From Phoronis australis (Eukaryota; Animalia; Phoronida), in contig NMRA01000051.1 of assembly GCA_002633005.1 (NCBI GenBank), positions 124,001 to 188,000 of the forward strand: a stretch of DNA of 64,000 bases. The letters run 5' to 3'. Shown piece by piece: positions 63,354 through 64,000 of the stretch. Under the pieces are notes generated by a model. It searched no databases and had not been told where the DNA came from. It was given only the letters and a program-made list of their open reading frames with translations. How positions within the stretch are numbered: the first letter of the stretch is position 1; each line of letters begins with the position of its first letter. The position numbers and the translations under genes were made by a program.

Positions 63354-64000
63354 GAAAAAGCCTTTTCACCTATAAGTCTTATTGCTGCACCAAATAGACT
63401 CTATACATGTATGATCAATCTAGCTAAAAATTGCGACAATTTATTTTGCTAATAAAGATAACAAGGACAACCATTTCAATTTATATGTGTTTTCAATGTT
63501 TTTATTTACGAGAAATTCCATTTGTGACGGACGTACAATCAGAGAACATTTTGATCAGGTTCTCCGAAGGTTTGGTAGTTGTGTATTTTAATGATCAGTC
63601 AGAACATAAATGTGGCCTTCGGTGACAAGATATAGTAACAGAATAATTCTATAAAGGTAAGCCTTTATTTCAGCAAAGAATTTTCAACAATCTGTAGTAT
63701 TTTCAATTCTGTATAATGCAAAATGTGCCAAAACGTCCGATAATTAGGTCACTTGACTGTAGACAATGACCACCGTCACTAGCTGGCTCAGTACAGTGAA
63801 CAAAAGAATACATATCCTCAACAAATTCACATTTTAGGCCTACCAATGCTGTACACAGGCAAAAATCTTCGTTCAAAAATAGGAGTGACGGCTTATTTGT
63901 ACTTGTATTCTAGGATTTGACATGGTAAAACATGATGACCAAAAAACCCTTGGAACTCCATTTAGCACTCATGAGTACAAGTGTTTGAATTCACCGCTTG

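Noticed and set aside
63914-64000. Second kinesin-13 exon after TTCTAG
   Set aside because: The translation (GFDMVKHDDQ...) does not resemble the expected GRIH.A.V continuation.

Overview
Intron-rich, repeat-dense animal genomic DNA, probably a marine invertebrate; the species cannot be determined from the sequence. Five host genes could be spliced by hand with consistent GT-AG phases: the 5' part of a syntaxin-7/12-like gene (-), two tandem two-exon carotenoid-cleavage-oxygenase (RPE65/BCO superfamily) paralogs (+), a complete 16-exon DNA ligase IV gene (-, 917 aa), and exon 1 of a kinesin-13 (KIF2-like) gene head-to-head with LIG4. The oxygenases are the most unusual host feature. Both keep the four Fe-binding His but lack the PDPC membrane motif, have a signal-peptide-like N-terminus, share N-glycosylation sequons and cysteines, and end in -FFEEL, which suggests a secretory or ER-lumenal enzyme pair. 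Between them lies a 12.3-kb Academ-type transposon (TAG..CTA termini, TATT TSD) holding nested insertions up to four levels deep. Also present are a self-nested Helentron-type element, a Penelope fragment with a degenerate hammerhead-like motif, LINE relics and a ~1-kb intronic foldback. One 0.6-kb duplication across a single N is probably an assembly artefact.
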